A stretch of DNA of 64,000 bases from Rhizophagus irregularis. Lineage: Eukaryota. Location: positions 682,001 through 746,000 of the forward strand of contig NC_089430.1 in the NCBI RefSeq assembly GCF_026210795.1, in the 5' to 3' direction. Shown piece after piece: positions 40,736 to 53,480 of this stretch. A model generated the notes under the pieces. It had not been told where the DNA came from. It searched no databases and saw only the letters and a list, made by a program, of their open reading frames with translations. Made by a program: the position numbers and the translations under genes. Each line of letters opens with the position of its first letter. The stretch's first letter is position 1.

Positions 40736-42620
40736 ATGTCAAAATTAGTAAAAAAAAAATATACCCAACCTGAAACTCAATCTACGTTTATTAGTGATGG
40801 TCAAAGTATATTTATTTATTAATATATTATAATTTTAAATAATAATTTAATACTTTTATAATTTAATACTTTTATATATTAAAATTTAAAAAAAAATATT
40901 CATTAACAGCTACTAGTATACAAGACCTAAAAAATCAATTAGAAATTATGAATAAACAAAATAAAGATTTACTTAGACGGCTCAAGCAAAGTCAACAACA
41001 AAATCAAGATTCAACAGACGAAAATGTATGTGATTTGGTATAAAGTATAAATTACTTTATATAAAATAACTGATTTATTTAATTTGTAACAGCAATCAAG
41101 AAGATCTTCAATTGCTTCCGTTGAAGATATTGAATCTCAAAGTCATTTGAGTCCATGTACATCATTTTTAAATCAATCATCTATTATTCAATCTTCATTT
41201 AAGGATCAACCAGTCCAACCATCATTACCTATTGCAAAACCACGTGGTAATTTAGCTAAAAATGTTCGTAAAGCATTGAATTTAACAAGACGTGAATATC
41301 AAGGATATCGTGTAAGTTCTTATTTTATAATATTTTTACATTAATAATAATTAAATTGTTAATATATTTAAAATTAAACTATTATTAGGCTGATTTACGT
41401 GATTTGATCAATGGTATGTTAGATCGTGATAAGAAATGGTGTGACTAGGATATGAAAAAAATTTTAAGTCTTATCTATCTGGTAATTGCATTAAATTTGA
41501 TTCATTCAAATGATTTAATATTTTTATTTTATATGCTAATTCATATGTTATATTATTAGTTTAAACAAAAAAATCCCACTTTTCCTAATTGCGCTAACGA
41601 TTGGGCAATTAAGGAAATAATCCGTGCTATAATTAATAATAAACGTAAGTATTAATTTTTTTTATTTTACATCAATCTGCATTTATAATTTAATAATTAA
41701 TCATAATATCATGTATTGCTTTTGCATTTTTCTATCCAGGTGAATATTCACGAAATAAAAAGAATTATAAGGACCAAGAGCAAGATGATGAAATTGATGA
41801 AATGCAATCAGAAAAGCATATTCAGCAGGTATTTAATTGACCATTAAAAACTTTTTTACAATTATAATTCACATTAACCTTTTTTCTTTTAAAAAAAAAT
41901 TCTAGAATTCTGAGGATTTAGAAAATATGCATGATGAGATTGAGGTGATAACGATTAATGTTTTCTAAAAATTTGTGTGTTTTATAATAATATAAATATT
42001 AAATTAAATATTTTATAATTTTGAATTTTTAGCCTAATGAAGATGTGAATGAAAGAGGTAATAATTGTCATAATTTTTTAATGAATTAACGGTCTTTCTA
42101 ATGTATTTTACTTTGCAGATCAGAATTTTTGGCTGAGCGAAGAACCTGAGCATTTAATGAATGCTTACTTAATATTATATCCTGAAGCACAAGATGAATT
42201 AATTGACTTTTTGGCTGATAAGCGTGGAATTGGAGTAAAGCAACCTAAAGATAATCCAGGTCAAGGAGATATAATTATATATTGAATTTTAAGTCATTTC
42301 TAAATATAAAGCTAAATCAAGTAATTCTTAACAATTTAGTGTCTGATATGAAAGGTAAAAGGTCCATAGGTTTTATTCAAGACAAAAAAAGAATGAAAAG
42401 ATCAGACAATAATCAAAAACAAAAAAAGATTAGACGAGAGGGTGACAAAAATGATAACGATGCAAGCGATTTTTTTGAACAAAAATCTCGCAGATCAGCA
42501 ACAAAGAAGGTCATTGGTAGGTGTAGTAATTTTATTTTATTTCTACATTGCCTTAACTAAATTCTCACATTTATAAATTTAATTTAAAGATTACAATGAA
42601 AATAAAAAAAAAACCCATAA
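40736..42620 (+). pseudogene. Multi-exon hypothetical gene (coiled-coil N-terminus), probable CACTA accessory/cargo ORF, with premature stop
   Basis: Splices in frame as MSKLVKKKY.. / SIQDLKNQLEIMNKQNKDLLRRL / ..IAKPRGNLAKNVRKALNLTRREYQGYR / ADLRDLINGMLDRDKKWCD*DMKK / FKQKNPTFPNCANDWAIKEII. The 3' end is uncertain. Confidence 0.6.
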
Positions 42621-44229
42621 TAATTAAAATTTTAATACATCCTAAATGAAATTTCCGTTAACTAGAGTGAAGAAATGAGATTATTTTGATTTTTGGCTAA
42701 AAAACTTTCCTTGTAAATTTTTTTGGTAATCGAGAAATATTACTTTTTTTTCGTATGTAACCTGATTTTTACACATTAAATAAAGATTGATTTTTGGTGG
42801 TAAAATGCAGCAGACAGCTTTTTTACTTTTAACCGTCAACTGAATTATTATTTTAATAAAAATAGTTCCAAAATTATGGGCAATAAACATTAAATAAAAA
42901 AAAATAGACGCAATGCAAAAAAAATTTATTTACGAATTGCTTAATAGCGCCAAACTAGAAAACTTATTTCTATATAATTTAAAAATGAGTTTGATTGAGT
43001 AAAAACTCTTAGTTTTATCAGTAATAGGAATAAATATTCTCCTTGGCAATTTGTGTGAACTCATTCCTTTCGCATACCCATACATGATCCCAGTCTTCCA
43101 CTTTTCTCTCACATCTTATGCATATATCACTCTCTATTTTATTAACGTTCCTTTTATTTAAGATTCTATACGTTGGCAATTCCTTTATAAGATTCTTTAT
43201 TTTATAAACTCTATCTTTTGAATCTTCTGAACGTCAAAGAAATTATAGAAAGATCAATAGTAGAATACGAAAAAATGTTAAAAATTCAAGAGAAGCATAC
43301 AGAATGTAATATTTTACGTGAAAATAATTTTAATTTTATACAGATTCTTAATCAACAATCAGAAATTTTATTAGGAAAAAGTAAAGATTGGAAGTTAATA
43401 AGAGGCGATTTTAATAACAGATTTAACAAGATTTCATCGAAAATAGAAGTTAAAAATTTAATTGATGATCTTTCAGTTATAGAGGATAATTTAATTTTTT
43501 ATTAAATTTTCTTCTAAGTGTTTAAATAATTATGTAATCAATTAATATTATTGAATTGTTAATTAATAAACGCGTTACTAATTTTTTTTTAAAAAAAAAA
43601 AAATTTATTTATTTATTCTTTTTTTGCATGGTTAAATGCTTTATTTATTATCACAATTCTCTAAAAAATAATTGAAAGTAGATTTTTAACAAGGTTATTG
43701 ATCGATTTTATATTTCTATGACAATTTGTGATTTTTACAAAGATTTCAAAGGAAAGATCACGTAAATTCCAAGGACAAAAATGCATATTTTATTAAATAT
43801 TTTTAGTCTTACAAGGTCTTTACAAACCAACATGTTAAGAAAATAATGTAGAACGTAAATAATTTGTGTAACTATAGCAGATAGGATCATAGGAATTCCG
43901 TCATGCTAATAATTGGCCAATAAAAATTATTTTCAAAATTGTAAGTTAATCATGCACGTGTCATTGATAATACGTGTTATGATTGTTTTAAAAATAGTAA
44001 ATCACGAATTTACTATAAATATATAAATATATGGTTTTTTCAAAAGAAAAAAATAAAAAAATTTTTTCCTCTTTCTTTTATTTTCTTTTTGTTTTCAATA
44101 TTTACAATATTTACGAGCTCTTTTTCATCAATTTATAACAAAAAAAAATAGTAAAATTGAAAATATTATCGATAATATTGGTAACTTTTCTCTTATTTTA
44201 TCTCGCTCTTATTACTTTTTTTTACATAT

Positions 44230-44610
44230 AAACATTACTAATTCTTGTTTTCACATTAAATACTAATATCTCTTTTTTTACACTATTTACACCAAAACTA
44301 ATACCTCTCATCATTTTACATTTAAATACTAATATTTCTCTATTTTTTTACATTTAAATACTAATATCTTAATTTTTTATGTTTAAATATTAATAATACT
44401 AATTATTTTTTTTTACATTTAAATACTAATATCTTAATTTTTTATGTTTAAATATTAATAATACTAATTATTTTTTTTTTTACATTTAAATACTAATATC
44501 TTTTATTAATTTTTTCACGTTTAAATATTACTAATAATAACTCTTTATTTCTTTTACATTTAAATACTACTACTAATACCGTATATCTCTTATTAATTTT
44601 ACATTTTAAA
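44230..44610 (+). repeat. AT-rich tandem repeat
   Basis: Repeated TTTTACATTTAAATACTAATATC. Confidence 0.7.
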
Positions 44611-44825
44611 TATTTAAATATTGCATATCACTTTTATTATTTAGATACTAAAAATATTTAGAAAATATAGCATATACCGTATAATGTTTATTAATGTAAT
44701 TTATATTTGATTTAATAAAGATTTATAATTTAAATTTCGAAATTCGAATGTAAATTTGATTTATAATCAATTCTAAATTTGGCTGCTAAATGCAAATTTG
44801 ACTTTTGACTGATATATATTTATGA

Positions 44826-45046
44826 ATCGGCTGGAATTAGTCGCAATTATCCTATAAATTCGGCTGCAATTATCTGATAAATTTTTAACTGACAAACCCG
44901 GCTGAAATTAACTGATAAATTCGGCTGAAATTGATTGATAAATTCAACTGAAATTGATTGAAAATTGATTGATAAACCCGGCTGAAATTAACTGATAAAC
45001 TCGGCTGAAATTGATTGATAAATTCGGCTGAAATTAACTGATAAAT
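44826..45046 (+). repeat. ~21-22-bp subterminal tandem repeat
   Basis: Repeated CGGCTGAAATT(A/G)A(C/T)TGATAAA next to the TIR ending at 45335. Confidence 0.8.
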
Positions 45047-45769
45047 TTTGTAAATGAGAAATCCGGATACTTTCCGGATAATGTTCTGAAAATGTCTGCA
45101 AAATGTCCCAAAAGTATCCCGATTTTCATATTGATTTTCCGTTGTTTAAAGTTTTGGACAAAATATGGACAAATACCGGACAAAAACTAAAACCAGTACA
45201 AATTCCGGACAAAATGAGTGTCCGGAAACGAGTGTGTTTTTGGAACATTTTCTGGACAAACATATGTCCGGAATTTGTATTGATTTATTCCGGACATTTT
45301 CTTTGACATTTTCCGGACATTTATTTTTTATAGGGTAGGTTGTTTCAGTTTGTTGCTTTAGAGTCTTCTTTTTTTGTAGGTCAGTTTTGGATTTATTTTG
45401 TTGTTTTGGTTTCTTTTTCATCAGATGCTTCATAATTTTTTTCATTTATGTAGGTCAGACATTCTGGAGTTCTCTTTCTTTTTTTGTAGGAATGCTGACC
45501 TTTGGTGACTTGGACGATTGCAGATACTATATGAAGGGGGGGGGTTTTGTTTCCAATTAAGCTAGACATTCTTATGTTTCTTTTTTTGTTATTTGACTCC
45601 AAATGAACCTGAACTTATAGATAATTTTGGTTGCAATAGGTGGTTTTAATAAGGAGGGAATTTTCATAATGTATTTGTATTTTGTTTATTTTTTATTTTT
45701 TATTTAATTTAATAAAGTAAAATTAGATTTATGTAAATATAATTATAGTAAACTGTAATACAAATAGTA

Positions 45770-45981
45770 AATTCAGTGACCAAATCGTATAAATTTCGTG
45801 ATAAAATCAGTGATCAAATCATGTAAATTCCATATGAATTCCGTGCAAATTCCGTATCCAAACCACATTTTTAGTGATACGGAATTGTGCATTTTTCCGT
45901 ATCCTATTATGATACATTATTTCTAAGGAAAAAAATCGTATAAAAACTTTATAAAAAATGTATCCCAATTTTTTTATAGGG
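45770..45981 (-). mobile_element. Second CCCTATAAAAAA-type terminus
   Basis: Ends TTTTTTTATAGGG and is homologous in inverted orientation to 6601-6720. Confidence 0.55.
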
Positions 45982-46725
45982 ATATTTTATTGAAGAAAAT
46001 AAAGAAAGATAGAGTTAAATGACTGCACCAAAAAAAATATTTTATCATATTGTTATGCCCAGTTCTTGAATGCTTATAAAAATAAGCTTATATGTGTATA
46101 GTAAGCAGAAGGAATATTAATAAAATAAATGTTAATAAACGCGTATAAGCGTGCGTATTAAAACACTAATAAGTATATCACTGTCGATCAATTTACGAAG
46201 GTAACACAATAAAACAGATGAATCAAATGCGAATACGGTAATGCATACACTAGCATATACACTCAGACGCAAATATTGATTCACAATAGAACAAAACCTT
46301 AAAATAAACAATGAGATAACCTCTTTAATAAATGCTTTACAAAAATTCAAGACAAATTATCTGTTTTTACATTGATTTGGAACGCACATATTTATAACAA
46401 TAAAATCTATGCTAATCATGTTTAATATAATGTATAAATGCTACATGTTTAATAAGTGTTATATATTAAAAATATATTAAAACAATAAAAAGATATTATT
46501 GGGCGTTTTTTATAAAACTAGTAACGATTTTGTTAATCATTTGTTGATCATTTATTTTAAATTTATTATAAATTTTGTCACGAGATTTTCTATGGAAATC
46601 ATTTCTCAATTTGTTATTAAAACACCTGCTGAATTGCCTCGAAATTGAAAATCATTTCCCTTTTTATAAAAAAATTTCCTTTTTGGTAAAAAACTCTCAG
46701 ATTAATCTTATATAACTTTATGTAA

Positions 46726-46818
46726 ATGTCAATGACAATGTCAATGTCAGTGACAATGTCAATGTCAATGTCAATGTCAATGTCAATGTCAATGTCAATG
46801 TCAATGACACTGACAATG
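46726..46818 (+). repeat. (TGTCAA)n microsatellite
   Basis: About 15 hexamer units. Confidence 0.95.
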
Positions 46819-47134
46819 AAAAAAACTTCTAATGCCAACTTTTCGCAAAAACTCTTCCTGTGCCACTAAAAGTCCCTGTTAAATTGTTGCATCATTCAAT
46901 ATTTGTATAATTTCATTATTTTGTTGATCATTAAAATTTCATAAAATATTGCAAAAAAATAAAAAAATTGTAAAAAAAACGTTTCAGCGTTTTTTCATAT
47001 AATATTATTAAAAAAAATGCCAAAAACTTTTTTTTTTGCATTACTATTAAGAAAAAAACATTTTGGCATTTTTCCATATAAAATTATAAAAAAAATAACA
47101 CAAAAACGTTTTTTCTTCATTTTTTATTTTTTTA

Positions 47135-48697
47135 ACAAAAAATGTCAAGACTGACGTTTTTAATTAAAAAAAACCAATATTTTTTTGATTTTTAATCACA
47201 AAAATGTCAAGTCTGACGTTTTTAATTAAAAAATCATTTTTTTTGATTTTTTAATCACAAAAATGTCAAGTCTGACGTTTTTAATCAAAAAAATCATTTT
47301 TTTTGATTTTTTAATTACAAAAACGTCAAGTCTGACATTTTTAATTAAAAAAAACCAATATTTTTTTAATTTTTATTTTTTAATCACAAAAATGTCAAGT
47401 CTGACGTTTTTTAATTAAAAAATCATTTTTTTGATTTTTTAATAACAAAAACGTCAAGTCTGATGTTTTTAATCAAAAAAATCATTTTTTTTGATTTTTT
47501 AATTACAATAACGTCAAGTCTAACGTTTTTAATCAAAAAAATCATTTTTTTTTTGATTTTTTAATTACAAAAACATCAAGTCTGACATTTTTAATCAAAA
47601 AAATCATTTTTTTGATTTTTTAATTACAAAAACGTCAAGTCTGATGTTTTTAATTAAAAAAAACAATATTTTTTTGATTTTTAATTACAAAATGCCAACT
47701 GCCAAGTCTGACGTTTTTAATTAAAAAATCAATATTTTTTTGATTTTTAATCACAAAAACATCAAGTCTGACATTTTTAATTAAAAAAAACCAATATTTT
47801 TTTTGATTTTTAATCACAAAAACGTCAAGTCTGACGTTTTTAACTAAAAAAATCAATTTTTTTACAAAATTGTCAAATCTAACGTAAAAAATAATTTTTT
47901 GAATCATAAAAATGTCAAATCTGACGTTTTTAATTAAAAAATCATTTTTTTTTTATTTTTAATCACAAAATTGTCATGACTGACGTTTTTAACTAAAAAA
48001 ATCATTTTTTTTGATTTTTTAATTAAAAAACGTCAAGTCTGACGTTTTTTAACTAAAAAAATCATTTTTTTTGATTTTTTAATTAAAAAACGTCAAGTCT
48101 GACGTTTTTTAACTAAAAAAGTCATTTTTTTGATTTTTTAATTACAAAAACGTCAAGTCTGACGTTTTTTAACTAAAAAAGTCATTTTTTTGATTTTTTA
48201 ATTACAAAAATGTCAAGTCTGACGTTTTTTAACTAAAAAAGTCATTTTTTTGATTTTTTAATTACAAAAACGTCAAATCTGACGTTTTTAATTAAAAAAA
48301 TCATTTTTTTTATTTTTAATCACAAAAATGTCATGTCTGACGTTTTTTAACTAAAAAAGTCATTTTTTTTGATTTTTTAATTACAAAAACGTCAAGTCTG
48401 ACGTTTTTTAACTGAAAAAGTCATTTTTTTTTGATTTTTTAATTACAAAAACGTCAAGCCTGACGTTTTTTAACTAAAAAAATCATTTTTTTGATTTTTT
48501 AATTACAAAAACGTCAAGCCTGACATTTTTTAACTAAAAAAATCATTTTTTTGATTTTTTAATTACAAAAACGTCAAGCCTGACGTTTTTTAACTAAAAA
48601 AGTCATTTTTTTGATTTTTTAATTACAAAAACGTCAAGTCTGACGTTTTTAATAAAAAATCAATTTTTTTTATATTTAATTATAAAAACGTTTGATG
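47135..48697. repeat. ~57-60-bp double-palindrome satellite (~26 units)
   Basis: Unit AAAAACGTCA-AGTC-TGACGTTTTT plus AAAAAATCA-Tn-TGATTTTTT. Confidence 0.95.
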
Positions 48698-50025
48698 ACC
48701 CGACCCAAAATTTTCGAGTCAATCTGACAGTATAATGATTATAACTCACTAATAATTACCAAGTTACTCTAGTTAAATATATGCTATATGTTCAAGGTTG
48801 CATATGTTAAACATATCGAACATTCGTAACATTTGCAACATTCGTAACATGATCATCGGTCACGATTATTCTATAATCAATCAAATATTTAACTGATCAC
48901 GTAATAGTGATGTGAAATTATTACTTTTTAAAATTTTATTTATGTTTTATAATTTTTAAACTTTTATTGAGTAGTCAATAAATACTCAATAATTTTAAGA
49001 GTCATGTGAGGGTATAAGTTTAGTATTAGTTATTGCTTATCCCATAATTATTGTTAACAAAAAAAAATATTATTAGTGGGTGAATGTCCCAACATCCAGT
49101 ATCACCCTAAAGACTGTGGATTAGGTATTTAATTAACTCAAAAAGTTACTTTAAGAAATTGACAATCTTGCGGATTCTTGCAGATGCATGATCAATCAAA
49201 AATCGATTAATCTTGATTGATCATGAGTGTGCAATTGATTTTTTAATCAATTTTGTAGTTCATTCAAACAAAAGAAGGATACTATTTGGTTTAAAATCAT
49301 TTTAACAATAATTTTTTGCATAAAAAAAACTCATTTATATTTATTCATCATATTACATAATATTCATATTACTAATTGGTAAATTGTGAGATCGTCCAAT
49401 TTAAGCAAAATTGATTGTTTATTTTATTTATTTTATGTCAAGCAGGAAATTGCCTACTGAGGCTATTACAATTCAAAAGAAGAGAAATAAGCACTATAAT
49501 CCCCTGTCGCACTAAGTGTCACTCATGATCACCTTCATACTAATTTTAAAAAATTGCGAGTGATTAGCTGAGTTTATAAATGACCGGGAATCTTCGTTTA
49601 GTTATTTCCCGGTCTCATATATAGATAGCCGGGAAATTACTAATTTTAGTTTAAAATAATTAAAATAGTTAATATTTAATGAGTGACACGCTCCAGGGGA
49701 TTACCCATTTATTTCCTGGGAAGGAAAACAATAGGGTTTTTTTCCCTTCGGGAAAAAAACCTATTATTTTCAACTCCCCATGAAATAAATAATACTAACA
49801 GGAAATTATCACCCAAAGTCGATTCAAAATCGAAATCAGGCCCTCACTTGTGTTTGAAGAAAACCCAGTTTGAACCCTAATCCATCCGATGAGGAACAAA
49901 ACGAATGATAATGAAAAAAAAGGACCTAGCAGAACATAATAACAAATTATAAAAAGGAAGACTATATCGATAGAAACGACAGATTAGAGAAGTCAACAAC
50001 CAAAAAATAAAATAAATGGTTCATA

Positions 50026-51100
50026 TTTTTTTTTCGGCCTGACGGCCGCCACCTGTAAATACTGTAAGAGGTGGAATGATTCACACTATTCTAAATTGTT
50101 TGTAGACGTAATATTGTCAATAAGATGTAGAAATACTACTATATAGTAAGGGGTAATTTGAGTTAAAAGACTCGCTATGACTAACTAAAATTAAAAAGAA
50201 AATTTGGCGATTGTAGAAGGTCCGCTTCCAGGGATTCAAGAAGAGGTTCCGGAGAAGGACATAATCGTTTCAAGTCTATAGTGCTGTGTGAAAAATTTAA
50301 ATTGCGATTAGTAGCGACATTTCGCTTGTTAGGTCGTGCTTCAACTTCTTTCGTATCGTCCGATGTGGAGGAATCGGTATGGTTAAACGTATGACCAGCT
50401 TTCAATACTTGGCAAGCGTTAGGGAAGTGTTGTATAAAGTTGTTCATTTCTTTGTTTAATAAACGTTGGTGGCTAACTTTTTTCGTCTTTTTCGCTCTTT
50501 TTGCGAATGCGGTCATATTTGATGATAGTTGTCATTAAGTTTCATTAAATACTGTTCTTGTTGTTCGCGTCGTGTGAAACTTTTCACGTTCGTTCCATGG
50601 AAAGTTGCTTCGGCCTGTGCATCTCTTGCACGGGCTTCTCTTGAAGATTGTGTTGATGATAAATTATCTATACGTTCTTGTTCGGTGACCATATCAAGTT
50701 CATCTTCAAGTGATATAGGCATTTAAACGGGTCGAGGTAGTAGGCACTACAGGCTGGTTTGATTGTGGCAGAGGTGTCGTGATAGTTAACGGATCATTTG
50801 AAACGGCTGCAACATACCGTACTGGTATAAGTGTTAGTATTCTTTTCGGTAACTTTCCCAGAGGGAGTAGCATTAACTTTTATTTTTCGAAATGCAAAGA
50901 ATGGGACCAGGTAGTTGTAGTCATTCGCGTCTGGTTCTGTAAAGGCTTTGGCGTATTTTAGGTGTTTGATCGGTTTGTTGACGTATTGTGATTTAAGAAA
51001 AAGAAATCTATTTTTTTTTAGCAGCGGCAAAGTTGGTCTTCAAATGTAAGTGAAGTTTGGGTTTTGATTTATTAAGGACGAGCGCGAGCGAGCATAGCAG
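50026..51100 (-). mobile_element. Decayed ORF-bearing repeat, possibly a non-LTR retroelement fragment
   Basis: GC/CpG-richer than the flanks, with successive broken minus-strand ORFs (51030-50794, 50722-50513, 50516-50181). It ends in stem-loops followed by an A-run on the minus strand. No RT motif is seen. Confidence 0.4.
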
Positions 51101-52559
51101 GCTTTCTATATTATCACGTAGATTTTGCCGATCATTTTCAATTTTATCACATATCGTTATGATGCATCATATTGATTCTTTTGAATAGTTCTACATAATA
51201 ATATATTCTCAAAATTTGCCAATGTTTTAATTTTATTATGTATTTTAAATATATTTATTTTTATTAAAAACCATTCATTATTGGTCAACTTTTATATGTA
51301 ATAATATTTAATTTAACATAATCTCTCGACTATTTTTAATATAAATGTCTTGGTAGATTAAAATTTTACATAATAAATATACCTCAAACTTTCCAATCTA
51401 TTAAATATCAATTTAGTATATCTGTGTATAAATTTTTATTAAAATTGGAAATAAAATAAGGGACTTTAATATGTACTGTTCGCTTAAAATTAAAATCAAA
51501 AATAATTCTTATAGCAAAATTGTAAATAATTTGACATACATGTACGCTAGAGACATGATTCTACATTTATTTGAAAGGGGAGAGTGAGGTCTATCCAGCG
51601 ATTAAAAATCACGTAAATTGAATCACTGGTTGATGAATAATTTCGTCCAACATATTAATTTCCAATTATTGAACTTAATCATCAATATCTCCACATGTAA
51701 TAATTTAATTTGAATGATCTTTAATTCTAAAATTAGTGTATATTTTCCTTTTCAAATAAATATAAATTGTTTATTTAGTATATACGAGAAATCAATGAAT
51801 ATAACTACAATCAAAACCCATTAAAAAATATAGATCATATTCCTTACTATAATAAAAAAAAAATCATAAGATTATTTTCATTTCATTTAAAAAATGTCAT
51901 TTAAGCTTTTAGTAGGATGAAATTGATGGAACATATGAAATAACTTCGTCCTAAAAGAAGAGTGAAAAAACATATATAATTAGTTTATTAAAAAAAGGAA
52001 AAAAATTACTCTGAAAATCCTATACCAAAAAACTCTCCCTTTATTCTGCAAAAATATTTGGTCAAAATATTTATCTTGTCGTTTTATTTACTTTAATAGA
52101 CCATTATAGAAGTAAACTTTTAAAAAATAACAAATTATAATTACTGTATATTGAATAAGAATAAATATAAATTAAATAAAAATAATTATAAAATATAATA
52201 TTACTATTTTATGCGAAACTTTAACATACTTGTAACTTCTGAATTACCTCTCCAATATTCAAATTATTTTGCGAGGTACTTAAAAAGAGTTTGCAGTATT
52301 GAAATATGCATGTAACTTTTGCTATTAAATTTTTTGTGGCGCTATTTAATTAAGATAGTGAAAGTGAAGATATCACGAATTTAAGTTTTGTGTAACATCA
52401 CGAGATCTAGCTAATAAAAATGCGTACACTTGTGTCAAACAATTACGTAATTCATAATTATGATACCTAACAGATTTTGCAATTTTATTTTTATATAACA
52501 TTTCGTTAAAATTATTTTTTTTAATGGAAAATGAAAGTGATCGGCAAAGTGATCGGCAA

Positions 52560-53480
52560 AGTGATAATATAGAAAGCATGCTATGTTGGACGAGCGTTGA
52601 AATCGTTTTTATTGCTTTTTCCGAGTATTCGGATTGGGGCTAGGCGAGAATCGAAATTTAATTATTTTTTTCGATACATAAGTCTATTTCCCAATTTTAA
52701 GATCGAGTTAGAGTCGCAGGCGTGAATCGACTCTTTATAGGAGATACCCAATCTATCTGAAGTGACATGTTTTTGTTGTCATAATATCCAACGGTGAAAT
52801 AGAAGATTAGCATGTGAAGATTTGTCGTTAATAAAGTCGTTGGTAGTGTCTTTCACAACTGTGGGATCAGCTGTTTTGATATTTTTGAACATCTGTTTTA
52901 AAAAAATTTTTTGATGATTGACGCAAGCGCGTCGGTATTGTAACATAACGAACGAGGTCGGATTCTTGCAACTTTTGTAAGAGAAGTTGAAAAAAGTTTT
53001 TGTGATAGTGTTGCGTTTGGCGTTACTTGAGCCACGTAATATTAACTGAGCGGCGCGTTCCAATAATTTTTTACGAATCATGTTGAAGTATTTTTGTTGA
53101 ATTCGGCGTGGCGTGGTATAACTCTTTGTAAGGAAAAAAAATGTGTTAACATACAGCTCAATTGGTATTTGTAATTCGGATACGAACTCGTGTTCTTATA
53201 ACTAGACGGGGTCGATTTCATATGATAGTCGTTGGTGTGTATCTTTAGATTAATATCTGATGACGATCAACTAATTCACTTCTCGATCGCCTGATCTTCT
53301 TGTAACCTGAACGTTTGGGTCTATCACGTGAAATTTTTTCAGGGAGACCTGAAGGGAGTTTTTTGTTTCCGAACATGAGAACGGTGATAATGAGGACGAC
53401 ATGTCTTTGTGATAATAACTAAAGAGGTATAAAAATATATATTATAAAGTAGGGGACGTACAGGCGACAATAGAAAGATA
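52560..53480 (-). other. GC-richer repeat-like segment with broken minus-strand ORF (52779-53081)
   Basis: Compositional shift, intronless ORF fragment, and an end motif shared with 51090-51145. Confidence 0.3.

Larger units (their letters stand above)
29799..45335. mobile_element. Candidate ~15.5-kb decayed CACTA/EnSpm element or composite
   Basis: Inverted CCCTATAAAAAA / TTTTTTATAGGG ends, both with TGTCCGGA/TGTCCAGA subterminal repeats. It encloses a Tnp2-type transposase and a second multi-exon gene. The flanks share only TA. Confidence 0.55.

Noticed and set aside
43218..43505. Standalone 95-aa ORF
   Set aside because: It has a TTG start and no motif. It may be an exon of an unresolved gene but cannot be linked confidently.
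6601..45981. One 39-kb transposon bounded by the homologous inverted ends
   Set aside because: The ends are diverged and no TSD matches, so independent relics are more likely.
46617..46838. ORF with (ID)n repeat
   Set aside because: Translation of the TGTCAA microsatellite.
51076..51096. U6 snRNA 5' end on the minus strand (TGCTCGCT)
   Set aside because: Only ~8 nt match and there is no ACAGAGA box.
53258..53300. Hammerhead ribozyme (CTGATGA followed by a CGATC/GATCG stem)
   Set aside because: No GAAA follows the stem, and no stems I/III were found.
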